A stretch of DNA of 64,000 nucleotides from Pirellulales bacterium (GTDB lineage: Bacteria; Planctomycetota; Planctomycetia; Pirellulales; PALSA-1355), in contig DATJEN010000195.1 of the NCBI GenBank assembly GCA_035496575.1, positions 511-64,510 on the forward strand, in the 5' to 3' direction. Below the pieces are notes generated by a model that did no database searches, was not told the origin of the DNA, and saw nothing but the letters and a program-made list of their open reading frames with translations. Shown piece after piece: positions 23,083-34,177 of this stretch (the first letter of the stretch is position 1; each line of letters starts with the position of its first letter). The translations under genes were made by a program, and so were the position numbers.

Positions 23083-24426
23083 ATGCTTCAGCGATTCGCC
23101 CGTCCGCGCGTGCATTTGTCTCGAGTGGCGATTGACACCCTGCTTGTCACGCTTTTTGCCGTGAACATCGCGGCGCAATCGCCAGCTAGTGAGCTGCGAC
23201 GTACCGCCACCGTGAAAATCGTGCAGCAGGCACGGCAATCGATCGTCAATATCCACGGACAAAAGGCGCTTGGCCCGGGCGAAGAGGGATTCCGGCGCGG
23301 CGAGGTGCAAAACGTCAACGGCATGGGCACGGGCGTCGTGATCGACGAGCGAGGATACATCCTCACCAACCACCATGTTGTTGATGGCGTGAAAAAAATC
23401 GAGGTCACGCTGGCCGACAAGCAGGAATATGTCGGCACGCGAGTCAGCCACGACTCGAAAACCGATCTGGCCATCATCAAGATCAACGTTCCACGCAAGC
23501 TGCCCGTCATCAATATTGGCACCTCGAGCGACCTCATGCCGGGCGAGTCGGTCATCGCGGTCGGCAACGCCTATGGCTACGAGCATACGGTGACGCGCGG
23601 CATCATCAGCGCGCTGCATCGCACGGTCCGCGTCAGCGATTCGCAAGACTACAAGGATTTGATCCAAACCGATGCCAGCATCAATCCTGGCAACTCGGGC
23701 GGACCGCTTCTGAATATCGACGGCGAAATGATCGGCATCAATGTCGCCGTGCGCGCGGGAGCACAGGGAATCGGATTCGCCATTCCGGTCGACATGGCAG
23801 TGCAAATTGCAGCCGAGTTGATCGGCACTCAGCACAACACCTGGCATGGCATCGTCTCCAAGCAGCCGGCTGGGGCTGTCAAGCAATGCGTGGTCAATCG
23901 GGTCGACGATGAAAGCCCCGCGGCCAAATGTGGACTGCAGCCGGGCGACGTGGTCGCGAAAGTCGGCGACACCCCCGTCGTGCGGTCGCTTGATCTGGAA
24001 CGCGCCTTGCTTGGCCACCAGGCCGGCGAAGAGATTTCGTTGTCGGTGCAGCGCAATAAAAAGCCAGTCGAAGTGACCCTGGTCCTGGGCAGCCCCATCC
24101 CGCGCAAAAATGAGGGTGACCGTATCTGGGAAGTGCTCGGTCTGCGTTTCTCGCCCACTCCGGTGCAGCACCTGAAGAATTACCAGAAACAGTATCGCGG
24201 TGGATTGCTGGTCAGCGAGGTGCGCACCGACAGTCCGGCCTTCAACGAAGGCGTACGCCGCGGCGATATCCTGCTCGGCATGCACATCTGGGAAACCCTC
24301 TCGCCGGAAAACGTCATGTACGCGATGAAGAACTCGGGCCAGCCCATGAAGTTCCTGATTCTGCGCAATGACGTCCGCTACGAGGGCGAGCTGAACGTCT
24401 CCATGCGCCCGACTCGCGGCCGCTAG
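23083..24426 (+). CDS. HtrA/DegP-family serine protease with PDZ domains
   Basis: Signal/anchor segment followed by GTGVVIDERGYILTNHHVV (His), DLAIIKI (Asp) and GNSGGPLLNIDGEMIGIN (Ser). Two PDZ-like segments follow. Confidence 0.9.
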   Translation: MLQRFARPRVHLSRVAIDTLLVTLFAVNIAAQSPASELRRTATVKIVQQARQSIVNIHGQKALGPGEEGFRRGEVQNVNGMGTGVVIDERGYILTNHHVVDGVKKIEVTLADKQEYVGTRVSHDSKTDLAIIKINVPRKLPVINIGTSSDLMPGESVIAVGNAYGYEHTVTRGIISALHRTVRVSDSQDYKDLIQTDASINPGNSGGPLLNIDGEMIGINVAVRAGAQGIGFAIPVDMAVQIAAELIGTQHNTWHGIVSKQPAGAVKQCVVNRVDDESPAAKCGLQPGDVVAKVGDTPVVRSLDLERALLGHQAGEEISLSVQRNKKPVEVTLVLGSPIPRKNEGDRIWEVLGLRFSPTPVQHLKNYQKQYRGGLLVSEVRTDSPAFNEGVRRGDILLGMHIWETLSPENVMYAMKNSGQPMKFLILRNDVRYEGELNVSMRPTRGR

Positions 24427-24496
24427 AGTCGTCTCGTTAGCTCTCGGGGTCGCGCACTCGCAACGCGAGCCGTCAGGGCGTTACAATCCAGTTCGC

Positions 24497-25408
24497 ATGG
24501 AACTGGAATTCATTCGCTGGCTCGAAAAGCGCCTGCCACGCTCAACGGCTTCGCCGCCAGGCATTGGCGATGACGCCGCCCTTTTCGCGCTCGAAGCCGG
24601 CCATCAAGGCGTCGTAACGGTGGATGTGCTCACCGATGGCGTGGACTTCGAATTAGCGGAGGTTCCTCCGCGGCGAATTGGCCGCAAGGCATTGGCCGTC
24701 AACCTGAGCGACCTGGCGGCCATGGCGGCTCGCCCGCTGGCCGCGGTCGTCGGAGTGGCGCTACCGCGCGCGGGCGCGCTCGAGCTGGTCAAGGAGCTTT
24801 ACGAAGGCTTGATTCCGCTCGCCGAGCAGTACGACGTTGTGATCGCCGGCGGAGATACCAACACCTGGGATGGCAGGCTCGTCATTAGCGTGACCGTGAT
24901 CGGTCAAGTGTCCGTGGGTCGTGCGCTAACTCGCGCAGGCGCGAGTCGCGGGGACTCGATCCTCGTCACGGGCCAATTGGGCGGCAGCATCCTGGGACAC
25001 CATCTCGACTTCGAGCCTCGGATTGAGGCCGCCCTATGGCTGGCCGAGCACGGCAAGGTCAAAGCTGGAATGGATATTAGTGACGGATTGTCGCTCGATC
25101 TGTGGCGGATGACGAAAGCGGGCGGCCTTGGCGCGGAACTCATGGCGAGCAAAATTCCGATTGCCGCGGCGGCCGCCGAACTCGCCCGCGCCGATGGCCG
25201 GCCGGCCCTGGAGCACGCGCTATCGGACGGAGAGGATTTCGAACTGTTGTTGGCAGCCGAACCTGGAGTGGCGACGGAATTAGAAGTCACCCAGCCGCTC
25301 CAGTGTGGGCTGACCGTGATCGGGCGGTTCGTGGCGGAGCCAGGGTTGTGGCTCCTCGATGATGACGGCAAGCGGACCCCAATCGAGCCGCAAGGCTTTC
25401 AGCACTAA
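24497..25408 (+). CDS. thiL: thiamine-monophosphate kinase
   Basis: IGDDAALF, VTVDVLTDGVDF and AVNLSDLAAMAARP, with the AIR-synthase-like fold pattern and a 303-aa length. Confidence 0.85.
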   Translation: MELEFIRWLEKRLPRSTASPPGIGDDAALFALEAGHQGVVTVDVLTDGVDFELAEVPPRRIGRKALAVNLSDLAAMAARPLAAVVGVALPRAGALELVKELYEGLIPLAEQYDVVIAGGDTNTWDGRLVISVTVIGQVSVGRALTRAGASRGDSILVTGQLGGSILGHHLDFEPRIEAALWLAEHGKVKAGMDISDGLSLDLWRMTKAGGLGAELMASKIPIAAAAAELARADGRPALEHALSDGEDFELLLAAEPGVATELEVTQPLQCGLTVIGRFVAEPGLWLLDDDGKRTPIEPQGFQH

Positions 25409-25427
25409 ACGCCTAAAACAGGATTCG

Positions 25428-25919
25428 ATGAGCGACACGCATCTGTCGTATACGGCATCGAGCGAAGCTGACACCGAGCGTTTGGGCGCCGCACTCGCGC
25501 GAGCGCTTGCCGACGGCGGAGTGGTTTCGCTATCGGGTCCACTGGGCGCTGGCAAAACGCGGCTGGTACAAGCGATTGCAGCGGCCTTAGGCGTCGACCG
25601 CGCGGACGTGGTCAGCCCCACGTTCGTCTTGGTTCATGAATACCACGGGACACGCCCGATCTATCACATCGATGCCTACCGCTTGCGCGATAAAGACGAG
25701 TTCGTGGCGCTGGGAGTGGAGGAGTATTTTCCAACTCCCAATCTGGTGCTGATCGAATGGGGTGAGCGTGTGAGCCGCTGTTTGCCTGACGATCATTTGC
25801 AGGTCACCATCGAACTGGGCGCCGGGGACGAGCGCCGCTTCGAGCTATCGGCAACGGGAAGACGGGCCGCGCAAAGCCTGGCCCGGCTGCGGACAGAATT
25901 GGGGACGATCACAAGATGA
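25428..25919 (+). CDS. tsaE: tRNA threonylcarbamoyladenosine (t6A) biosynthesis ATPase TsaE
   Basis: Trimmed to the ATG at 25428. Contains LSGPLGAGKTRLVQAI (Walker A), VVSPTFVLVHEY, HIDAYRL and LIEW. Confidence 0.88.
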   Translation: MSDTHLSYTASSEADTERLGAALARALADGGVVSLSGPLGAGKTRLVQAIAAALGVDRADVVSPTFVLVHEYHGTRPIYHIDAYRLRDKDEFVALGVEEYFPTPNLVLIEWGERVSRCLPDDHLQVTIELGAGDERRFELSATGRRAAQSLARLRTELGTITR

Positions 25920-27243
25920 ACTTGCTCAGGTCTTCATCCTGGGCGAGCTTATCCAGCCGCGAGCGGACGTACGGGGCGTCCACGACAATCCGTCCCTGGA
26001 CCTGATCGGGCGCATTGAAGCTCAGCTCCTCGAGCAACTTTTCCATGATGGTGTAAAGCCGCCGCGCGCCGATGTTCTGACTGGTTTGATTGACGCGGAA
26101 AGCCACGTCCGCAAGGGCCTCGATGGCGGACGGATCGTATTCGATCGCCACGCCGTCGGTGCCCAACAGCGCCTTGTACTGCTTGGTGAGCGCGCTGGCC
26201 GGCTCGGTCAGGATGCGAACGAAATCCTCCTTCGTGAGATCGCCAAGCTCCACGCGAATGGGGAAGCGGCCCTGCAGCTCCGGCATCAGCTCGCTGGGTT
26301 TGCTGCGATGAAAGGCGCCGGCCGCGATAAACAGGATATGGTCGGTCTTCACATATCCGTACTTGGTCTGCACGGTCGTGCCTTCCACGATGGGCAACAA
26401 GTCGCGTTGCACGCCTTGGCGAGAGACATCGGCACCCCGGCTCTCGCTGGCGACCACTTTGTCCAGTTCATCGATGAAGACGATGCCGAGGTTCTCCGAA
26501 AGCTCGACGGCTTTCGCGTTGACTTTTTCCGGGTTGATGAGAGCATCGCACTCCTGCTCGAAGAGGACCTTGCGCGCCTCGGCGACACTCAGTTGGCGGC
26601 GCGTGGTTTGCTTCGGCATGAAACGCTCGAGCATCCCTTGCAGGTCCATGTCGACCTGTTCCAGACCCATGCCCGTCAGCATCATGGGCGCGGCTTTTTG
26701 CTCGACCGTGATTTCGATCTTGCGGTCTTCCATGTCGCCGGCCGCCAGTCGAGCGCGAATTTTCTCGCGCGTCCGCTCATGACGCTCAGGCGAGTTGGCG
26801 CTTTCCGCCCCGACGTCGTAGGCGACCGGCGCAGGCACGAGCAGATCGAGCAGGCGATCCTCCACCCTGCGGCGCGCCTCGGTTTCGACGTTTTTGCGTT
26901 CGGATTCTCGCACAAGCGCAATCGCATTCTCCACCAGTTCGCGGATAATGCTCTCCACGTCGCGGCCGTAGTAACCGACTTCGGTGTACTTTGTTGCTTC
27001 GACCTTGATGAAAGGCGCCCCCGTCAGCCTGGCAAGCCGCCGCGCAATCTCGGTTTTGCCGACGCCGGTGGGACCGATCATCAAGATGTTCTTGGGCGCG
27101 ATTTCCGCGCGCATTTCAGGCGAGAGTTGTTGCCGGCGCCACCGATTGCGCACCGCAATGGCAACCGCGCGCTTGGCCTGGGTCTGCCCGACGATGTGCG
27201 CGTCGAGCTCGGCCACGACTTGCCGCGGCGTCAGGTCGCGCAT
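25909..27243 (-). CDS. hslU: ATP-dependent protease ATPase subunit HslU
   Basis: [49 protein letters not shown] and the C-terminal LSKFIL are canonical HslU features. Confidence 0.95.
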   Translation of the reverse strand: MRDLTPRQVVAELDAHIVGQTQAKRAVAIAVRNRWRRQQLSPEMRAEIAPKNILMIGPTGVGKTEIARRLARLTGAPFIKVEATKYTEVGYYGRDVESIIRELVENAIALVRESERKNVETEARRRVEDRLLDLLVPAPVAYDVGAESANSPERHERTREKIRARLAAGDMEDRKIEITVEQKAAPMMLTGMGLEQVDMDLQGMLERFMPKQTTRRQLSVAEARKVLFEQECDALINPEKVNAKAVELSENLGIVFIDELDKVVASESRGADVSRQGVQRDLLPIVEGTTVQTKYGYVKTDHILFIAAGAFHRSKPSELMPELQGRFPIRVELGDLTKEDFVRILTEPASALTKQYKALLGTDGVAIEYDPSAIEALADVAFRVNQTSQNIGARRLYTIMEKLLEELSFNAPDQVQGRIVVDAPYVRSRLDKLAQDEDLSKFIL

Positions 27244-27773
27244 GGCAGAACCTCAACCACGATATTCTCATTGGTAAAGACGTCGATCCCAGCGGCGATT
27301 TGCAGACTGGTGCGCACAATTTCGGCGGCGTCCAACTGCGAATGGGCGACCAGCGCGCGAGCCGCGGCCACGGCATAATTGCCGCCCGAGCCAATGCCCA
27401 GCACGCCATCGGTGGGCTGGATGACGTCGCCATTGCCTGTCACCAGCAGCGTGTGGTTTGCGTCGACCACGGCTAGCAGCGCTTCCAAGCGGCGCAACGC
27501 GCGATCGGTCCGCCAGTCCTTGGCAAGCTCAGTGGCCGCACGCGGCACGTTGCCAGGAAAGTCCTTGAGCTTCGCCTCGAACCGCTCGAGAAGCGCAAAA
27601 GCGTCCGCCGTGGAACCGGCAAATCCCGTGAATACCTTGCCATCGAGCAGGCGGCGGATTTTCATCGCGTCGGCCTTCATGACGGTGTTCGCCAGCGTGA
27701 CTTGCCCGTCACCGCCGATTGCCACCATTCCCTTGTGGCGCACGGTCAGAATGGTCGTGGATCGCGTCTTCAT
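27231..27773 (-). CDS. hslV: ATP-dependent protease subunit HslV
   Basis: [21 protein letters not shown] (N-terminal Thr nucleophile after Met processing), 180 aa. It overlaps the hslU start by 13 nt. Confidence 0.95.
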   Translation of the reverse strand: MKTRSTTILTVRHKGMVAIGGDGQVTLANTVMKADAMKIRRLLDGKVFTGFAGSTADAFALLERFEAKLKDFPGNVPRAATELAKDWRTDRALRRLEALLAVVDANHTLLVTGNGDVIQPTDGVLGIGSGGNYAVAAARALVAHSQLDAAEIVRTSLQIAAGIDVFTNENIVVEVLPCAT

Positions 27774-27906
27774 GGTGGGATTCTATTAGCCGCGTGCGAA
27801 TGGGGACAGGGGCAAAAGCGGGCACGAGAGCCAGGCGAAGCCGCACCCACAACAAGCACCCAATCGAGCGACAGACCTCGCGCTGCAGATGAAACGAGCA
27901 CGTCCT

Positions 27907-28815
27907 TTAACGCTTGGTGGCGGTGAATTGCGGTGGCTGCTCGAGAACTTGCAATAGGTACCGTCCGTAGTCATTGCCGGCCTTTTCGGCGAGCGTGGCG
28001 AGCTCCGCAGCGCTGATGAATCCCTTGTGGTAAGCCACTTCCTCGATGCAGGCGATTTTCATGCCTTGTCGCATTTCGATGGTTTGCACGAAATTGGCCG
28101 CTTGCAGCAGCGCCTCATGCGTGCCGGTGTCGAGCCAGGCAAACCCGCGCGTCAGGACTTCCACATACAGCCGCTGCTCGTTGAGGTACGCCTGGTTGAC
28201 GTCCGTAATCTCGAGCTCGCCACGCGCGGAGGGCCGCAAGCCGCGGGCAATTTCGAGCACGTCATTGTCGTAAAAATACAGGCCGGTCACCGCCAGCTTC
28301 GAGCGGGGCGCGCGGGGTTTCTCTTCCAGCGAAAGTGGCCGCCCGCCGCGGTCGAGCTCGACCACGCCGTAGCGCTCCGGATCCTTGACCGCATGCGCAA
28401 GAATCGTGGCGCCCGAGGCGCGCTTGGTGGCGCGGGCCAAGATGTCTTGAAAACCCTGTCCAAAGAATAAGTTGTCGCCCAGGACGAGCGCCACATGTTC
28501 GTGCCCCACGAACTCGCGACCGATCAGAAACGCTTCGGCCAGTCCATTGGGTTCGCGCTGCACGGCGTAGCGGATCGAAATTCCAATGCGGCTCCCATCC
28601 CCCAACAGGCGCTCAAACGCGCTTGCATCCTGCGGCGTCGTGATGACCAGCACATCGCGAATGCCGGAAAGCATCAGCGCGGAGAGCGGGTAATAAACCA
28701 TCGGCTTGTCGTACACGGGCAGGAGCTGCTTGCTCACCGCGCGCGTAACCGGATCGAGCCGCGTGCCTGAGCCACCGGCCAGGATGATTCCCTTGTTGAA
28801 GTGTGCGTCAGGCAT
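27907..28815 (-). CDS. rfbA: glucose-1-phosphate thymidylyltransferase
   Basis: [38 protein letters not shown] is the canonical RmlA N-terminus. Confidence 0.93.
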   Translation of the reverse strand: MPDAHFNKGIILAGGSGTRLDPVTRAVSKQLLPVYDKPMVYYPLSALMLSGIRDVLVITTPQDASAFERLLGDGSRIGISIRYAVQREPNGLAEAFLIGREFVGHEHVALVLGDNLFFGQGFQDILARATKRASGATILAHAVKDPERYGVVELDRGGRPLSLEEKPRAPRSKLAVTGLYFYDNDVLEIARGLRPSARGELEITDVNQAYLNEQRLYVEVLTRGFAWLDTGTHEALLQAANFVQTIEMRQGMKIACIEEVAYHKGFISAAELATLAEKAGNDYGRYLLQVLEQPPQFTATKR

Positions 28816-28843
28816 GGTGGTGTGCCATCCTTGGTGTTTCAGC

Positions 28844-29902
28844 TCAATGGGCCAGGCCCAGTCGTTCCCGTTGATAGACGCCGCTCGTGACGCGTTCGAC
28901 CCAGCCTGGGTGATCGAGATACCAGGCCACAGTTTCTCGCAAACCTTGTTCTAAATGGTAGCGCGGTTCCCAACCCAGCTCGCGCTTGGCCTTGGTGGGG
29001 TCGATGGCATAGCGCGCATCGTGACCGGGACGATCCTCGACAAAGCGAATGAGGTCCGCGCAAGGCCGATGCGGCAAGTCGGGCCGCAGCTCGTCGACGA
29101 TCGCGCACACGGCTTGAACTATTTGCAGATTGGTGCGCTCCGAGCGGCCTCCCAGGTCATAAACCTCGCCCGGCCGCCCATGTTCAAGCGCGGCCATCAA
29201 TCCGCGGCAATGATCTTCGACGTGCAGCCAGTCGCGCACTTGCTCACCTTTGCCATAGACCGGCAAAGGTTGGCCATCGATCGCGTTTAAGATCATGAGC
29301 GGGACCAATTTCTCAGGAAACTGAAACGGGCCGTAATTATTCGAGCAATGCGTGGTAAGCGTTGGGAGCCGATACGTCTGAAAGTACGCGCGCACAAAAT
29401 GGTCGGCGGCGGCCTTCGAGGCCGCGTACGGCGAGTTGGGACGCAAGGGGCTGTCTTCAGTGAAGCATCCCGTCGCTCCCAACGACCCGTAAACCTCGTC
29501 CGTCGAAACCTGCAAGAACCGAAATTGGCCGCGCGCGGGCTCGGGCAGACTTTTGTAGTAGGCGAGTGCGGCGTCGAGCAAGGTGCACGTGCCCACCACA
29601 TTGGTCTCGACGAAAGCCGATGGGGCGTCGATCGATCGGTCGACGTGCGATTCGGCGGCCAGGTTCATGATCGCCTGTGGTTGAAATTCGCTTAGCAGTG
29701 AGTCGGCGAGCTTGCGGTCACAGATGTCGCCATGGACGAACACGTGCCGGGACTGACCAGAAACCGCCTCGAGCGAGTCTACGTTGCCGGCATACGTCAG
29801 TTTGTCGAGATTTATGATGCGAACCTGCCGCTCACCGACTAGCAGCCGAACCAGGGCACTGCCGATAAAGCCCGCGCCGCCGGTGATGAGCAGGGTTTGC
29901 AT
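28844..29902 (-). CDS. rfbB: dTDP-glucose 4,6-dehydratase
   Basis: [22 protein letters not shown] and [12 protein letters not shown] (YxxxK), 352 aa. Confidence 0.93.
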   Translation of the reverse strand: MQTLLITGGAGFIGSALVRLLVGERQVRIINLDKLTYAGNVDSLEAVSGQSRHVFVHGDICDRKLADSLLSEFQPQAIMNLAAESHVDRSIDAPSAFVETNVVGTCTLLDAALAYYKSLPEPARGQFRFLQVSTDEVYGSLGATGCFTEDSPLRPNSPYAASKAAADHFVRAYFQTYRLPTLTTHCSNNYGPFQFPEKLVPLMILNAIDGQPLPVYGKGEQVRDWLHVEDHCRGLMAALEHGRPGEVYDLGGRSERTNLQIVQAVCAIVDELRPDLPHRPCADLIRFVEDRPGHDARYAIDPTKAKRELGWEPRYHLEQGLRETVAWYLDHPGWVERVTSGVYQRERLGLAH

Positions 29903-30054
29903 GCTGGGTGGGGAAGCGATGCGAAGGATCCGAATCTCCGGGCGCGATTTTACCCCCTTGGTTCGATGACTTCCAAGTGCAGAGTCCTAGCGCCACGGTG
30001 CGTGCGGGCGTTAGAATTGCAATCCGTTCCGAACGACCGCCGCGAGCAGATGGT

Positions 30055-32325
30055 ATGTTACCAGCCGACCAGGTCTTCCAAGCCGCCGTAGCCGCTCACG
30101 AGCGCGGCGACTTGCAAGAAGCCGAAAGACTCTACCGGCAAGTTTTATCGCTCCAGCCACAGCACGCCGGCGCGCTCGACATGCTCGGCACGCTCGCGAT
30201 CCAGGCGGGCAATGCGGCCGTGGCGCTCGCGTTCTTCGCGCAAGCTGTCGCGATCGCGCCCGCGCAGCCGATTTATCATGTGCATCTGGGTGAGGCGCAA
30301 CGGAGGACGGGGAACTTGGAACTCGCCGAGCGCAGTTTTCGCGAAGCCGTTCGGCTTGGGCCCGACTTACTCGAGACACACGACCCTCTGGCGGCCCTGC
30401 TCAAATCGGGCGGGCACTTCGAAGCCGCCGCCACAGAGTATCGCGAGACCGTTCGAACTCGGCCTAATTTGTCGATCACGCACTACAATCTGGGCGTTGT
30501 TCTGACCGCGATTGGAAAAACCGACGAAGCGATCGAATGCTATCGGCGGGCATGCGCCTTACAGCCGCCATTGGCCGAAGCCCATATGAACCTGGCCGGC
30601 TTGCTCCACAACCGGCACGAGGTTGACGCCGCCGCAGGCGAGTACCAGCGTGCGCTGGCAATTCGGCCGGACTTTTTTGAGGCGCTCCAGAGCTACGCGA
30701 TCATGCTGCAGTTGGCCGGACGGGTGGACGAGGCCCTGTTGTATTTCGAGCGCGCGATTCAAGTGCGGCCGGGATCCGCCTTGGCGCATTTGAATCGCGG
30801 CAATGTTCTTAGAACCATACGACGTTCGAATGAGGCAATCGCCGAATATCGACATGCCGCGCAGCTTGACCCTTCATTCGAAGCGGCCTACCACAACCTG
30901 GCCGTCATCTACAACGAATTTCAGCAGGCCGACCCCGCGCTCGAATTTTGCGAAAAGGGACTGCTGCTTGAGCCTCGTTCCGCAAGCCTTTGCAATTTGA
31001 AGGGCACGGCGCTGCACTCACAAGGGCGCGGCGACGAGGCGCTCGCTTGGTATCGCAAGGCAATGGAGCTCGATCCCGCGCGACCTGATTTCTACAGCAA
31101 TCTCCTCTACACGTTCAATTACCTACCCGGTTTCTCCCAAGAGGCCGTGTTCAGCGAGCATCGAGCCTGGGCGGAGCGGTTTGCCGAGCCGCTGACTCAC
31201 TTGGCGGCGTCGCACGAGCGAGATCCTAGCCCACGGCACAAGCTGCGGCTGGGCTACGTGTCGGCTTATTTTCGCCGCCATGCGGTCAATTACTTTAGCG
31301 AACCGGTTTTGTTGGCTCACGACCATGATCAGTTCGAAGTCTATTGCTATTCCGACGTAGCGGCGCCAGACGCCGTGACGGCCCGAATCAAAGCCGCCGC
31401 CGACGTGTGGCGGCCCGTTGTCGGTTTCTCGGATGAACAACTGGCCGAGCAGATTCGAAGCGATCGCATCGACATCCTGGTCGATCTGGCCGGGCATATT
31501 GGTGGGAACCGGTTGTTGACGTTCGCGCGCAAGCCGGCGCCGATTCAGGTGACCTATATCGGCTATCAAAACACTACCGGCATGACAGCCATGGATTATC
31601 GATTGACGGACGAACGGGCCGACCCGCCGGGTCTGACCGACCGATATTACACGGAGAAACTCGTGCGCCTGCCGCGAGCGTTTTTTTGCTACCGGCCGCC
31701 GGACGAAGCCCCGCCGATCACGCCATTGCCTGCCGCGAGCTCAGGCTATGTGACGTTTGGCTACTTCAATATCTATCGCAAAGTCACCCCGGCGGTGATT
31801 GATGTGTGGTTGCGAATTCTGGCGGGTCTTGAGAATTCCCGCTTGCTCGTGCTCGCGGCCGGTGGCGGCTACATCGAGCGGCATCTGCACGAACGGGCTC
31901 GAGCCGCCTCGATCGATCCGGCCAGGATCGTGCTTCACAATCGCAAAATCCTGCGTGAGTACCTTGGCCTCATCGCCGAGGCGGATATCGCGCTCGATCC
32001 CTTTCCCTTTACCGGGCACACGACGACCTGCGATTCAATCTGGATGGGTGTGCCGGTCGTGATGCTCGAGGGAGAAACCTACGCGTCTCGCTTCGGCGGC
32101 AGCGTTTTGGCCAATGTGGGGCTGGCGGACTTAATCGCCCAAGACATTGAGGGCTACGTCCAGCGCGCCCTTACGTTGGCCAACGATCGAGAGCGATTGA
32201 CCCGCCTCCGCTCAACGCTGCGAACCACGATGTCCGCTTCTCCCCTGCTCGACTTTGCCGGCTTCACGCGCAACCTGGAGGCTGCTTACCGCCAAATGTG
32301 GAATGCTCGGCTGAGCACAGCTTAG
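30055..32325 (+). CDS. TPR-repeat protein with C-terminal SPINDLY/O-GlcNAc-transferase-like (GT41) domain
   Basis: Trimmed to the ATG at 30055. It has about 9 TPR units (AE.LYRQVL...P.HA.AL..LG). The C-terminal half (LRLGYVSAYFRRHAVNYF...IDILVDLAGH...TYIGYQNTTGM..MDYRLTD) matches the COG3914-type GT41 fold. Confidence 0.8.
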   Translation: MLPADQVFQAAVAAHERGDLQEAERLYRQVLSLQPQHAGALDMLGTLAIQAGNAAVALAFFAQAVAIAPAQPIYHVHLGEAQRRTGNLELAERSFREAVRLGPDLLETHDPLAALLKSGGHFEAAATEYRETVRTRPNLSITHYNLGVVLTAIGKTDEAIECYRRACALQPPLAEAHMNLAGLLHNRHEVDAAAGEYQRALAIRPDFFEALQSYAIMLQLAGRVDEALLYFERAIQVRPGSALAHLNRGNVLRTIRRSNEAIAEYRHAAQLDPSFEAAYHNLAVIYNEFQQADPALEFCEKGLLLEPRSASLCNLKGTALHSQGRGDEALAWYRKAMELDPARPDFYSNLLYTFNYLPGFSQEAVFSEHRAWAERFAEPLTHLAASHERDPSPRHKLRLGYVSAYFRRHAVNYFSEPVLLAHDHDQFEVYCYSDVAAPDAVTARIKAAADVWRPVVGFSDEQLAEQIRSDRIDILVDLAGHIGGNRLLTFARKPAPIQVTYIGYQNTTGMTAMDYRLTDERADPPGLTDRYYTEKLVRLPRAFFCYRPPDEAPPITPLPAASSGYVTFGYFNIYRKVTPAVIDVWLRILAGLENSRLLVLAAGGGYIERHLHERARAASIDPARIVLHNRKILREYLGLIAEADIALDPFPFTGHTTTCDSIWMGVPVVMLEGETYASRFGGSVLANVGLADLIAQDIEGYVQRALTLANDRERLTRLRSTLRTTMSASPLLDFAGFTRNLEAAYRQMWNARLSTA

Positions 32326-32573
32326 GGCTGCTTAAGATCGTGCCGCTAATCTAAGCAAGAACTGTGATATTTGTGGGCAGCCGGAGGGAAAAGCTGAGAG
32401 CGTCGAACATTTTTGCGCGCTTGAGGCTTCGGACATAAATCGCGAATTGGAAGGAACTTACTCCGTGTTAGATACCATCGGATTGATGCCAAATCTGTTC
32501 TCCGGTACGAAGCTTGCTTTCGGCGACAGCACGTTGGATTGTAGTCCCTCTGTCCACAAAAAGCGGAGTTGCC

Positions 32574-33998
32574 ATGAGACGTTCTGCGCGCATTTTACCC
32601 CTTCTGTTTTTGTTGTGTAGTGTGATTCTAGGCCAGGCCCAGCTCGCCTGGTCGCAGGAAAGTCCCGGCGATGCACCTGCCGCTGCTGCGGCGCCCCCGC
32701 CTGCCGAGCCCAAGCCGCTCGATCGTGGCGACAATGCCTGGATGCTCACCTCATCGGCCCTGGTGCTCATGATGACCGGCCCGGGCCTGGCCATGTTCTA
32801 TTGCGGGCTGGTGCGCAAGAAGAACGTGCTCAGCGTCATCATGCAGTGCATCTTCTTGATGGGGCTGATGACCGTCATCTGGGGCCTATATGGCTACTCG
32901 CTGTCGTTCGGCGGCAGCGAAGCCTGGATCGGCAATAGCGACTATCTGTTCATGAGAAATGTGCAGGCCGAGTGGAAAGATGGCGCCTCGGTGATCCCGC
33001 AGAGCACGGCCTATAACATTCCCATGCTGACGCACATGCTCTTCCAAGGCATGTTCTTCATCATTACTCCGGCGCTGATTTGCGGAGCGTTTGCCGAGCG
33101 GATGAAGTTCAGCACGATGGTCGTTTTTATGATTTTGTGGGGCACGCTGGTCTATTGCCCGCTTTGTCACTGGGTGTGGGGGGGCGGAATTCTGGCCTAC
33201 AACACCGAGCATGCGAAGCAATATGCCATGGGTGGCGCGCTCGACTTTGCCGGCGGAACAGTGGTGCACATTAGCTCCGGCGTTTCGGCTCTGATCTGCG
33301 CGCTGTTGATCGGAAAACGGCTGGGCTATGGTCGTGATCCTATGCCGCCGCACAACCTGACTTACACGGCGTTCGGCGCTGCCATGTTGTGGGTCGGCTG
33401 GTTTGGCTTTAACGCCGGTAGCGCCTGTGCGGCCGATGGAATCGCGGCCAGCGCCTTTGCGGCCACGCACTTCTCGGCGGCTGCCGCCGCGCTGGCTTGG
33501 GCCGGCATGGAATGGATCGCTCGCGGAAAGCCGACCGTGCTGGGCGCTTGCTCGGGCGCTGTCGCTGGCCTGGTTTGCATTACGCCCGCATCGGGCTACG
33601 TGCTGCCGATGCCTGCCATGGCCATGGGAGCAGCGGCCGGCATTGTGTGCTACCTGGCTTGCACGACCTTGAAGTCGAAGTTTGGTTACGACGACTCGCT
33701 CGACGCCTTTGGCGTTCACGGGATCGGCGGCACGCTGGGCGCCATCCTGACCGGTGTCTTCGCCACTCGGGCCGTGCAAAACCTCAACAACAACGAACCG
33801 ATTGGCATGTTGGAAGGCGGCAGCCTGTTGACCGGCCAGCTCGTGGCAACTGCGATCACGTGGGTCTTTGCCGCGGCGGTCACGGTCGTCTTGCTCAAAG
33901 TGCTGGATGCGACGATGGGCTTGCGCGTAACTCCCGAAGAAGAGACGCAAGGGCTCGATCTCACGCAGCACGGCGAAGAAGGTTACATTTTTATGTAA
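32574..33998 (+). CDS. amt: ammonium transporter (Amt family)
   Basis: Trimmed to the ATG at 32574 with a signal peptide. Contains DNAWMLTSSALVLMMT.PGLAMFYCG, DFAGGTVVHISSG and FGVHGIGGTLGAI (twin-His region). Confidence 0.93.
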   Translation: MRRSARILPLLFLLCSVILGQAQLAWSQESPGDAPAAAAAPPPAEPKPLDRGDNAWMLTSSALVLMMTGPGLAMFYCGLVRKKNVLSVIMQCIFLMGLMTVIWGLYGYSLSFGGSEAWIGNSDYLFMRNVQAEWKDGASVIPQSTAYNIPMLTHMLFQGMFFIITPALICGAFAERMKFSTMVVFMILWGTLVYCPLCHWVWGGGILAYNTEHAKQYAMGGALDFAGGTVVHISSGVSALICALLIGKRLGYGRDPMPPHNLTYTAFGAAMLWVGWFGFNAGSACAADGIAASAFAATHFSAAAAALAWAGMEWIARGKPTVLGACSGAVAGLVCITPASGYVLPMPAMAMGAAAGIVCYLACTTLKSKFGYDDSLDAFGVHGIGGTLGAILTGVFATRAVQNLNNNEPIGMLEGGSLLTGQLVATAITWVFAAAVTVVLLKVLDATMGLRVTPEEETQGLDLTQHGEEGYIFM

Positions 33999-34068
33999 AT
34001 GTGCCAGCAGGCACGGTCCGCCTGCGGTTATACGGAGCAACTGGTCTCCGCTTGACCAGATGGACGCC

Positions 34069-34109
34069 AGGGCTTGGGCGGTTTATCCGTCCAAGCCCTT
34101 GGTCTTTTT
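34069..34109 (+). terminator. rho-independent terminator downstream of amt
   Basis: AGGGCTTGG (34069..34077) pairs with CCAAGCCCT (34091..34099) around a 13-nt loop, followed by TGGTCTTTTTA. Confidence 0.65.
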
Positions 34110-34177
34110 AGGAGGGGTTATGAAGCCGGGGGTTAGGGATTAGGGGGTAGCGGTTGGGGGCGAAGATCACGCGGGAC

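Noticed and set aside
22726-24285. 519-aa ORF on the minus strand
   Set aside because: It is entirely antisense to the well-supported HtrA protease gene (23083..24426). Its composition is Arg/Ala/Gly/His-rich, typical of high-GC shadow frames, and it has no motifs.
26086-27378. 430-aa ORF on the plus strand
   Set aside because: It is antisense to hslU/hslV. This is a shadow frame.
32326-32573. Sigma-54 promoter, or a glutamine/nitrogen riboswitch, upstream of amt
   Set aside because: No TGGCAC-N5-TTGC match with correct spacing could be found by eye. I could not identify any recognisable riboswitch core without a covariance search.
32886-34040. 384-aa ORF on the minus strand
   Set aside because: It is antisense to the ammonium transporter gene. 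This is a shadow frame.
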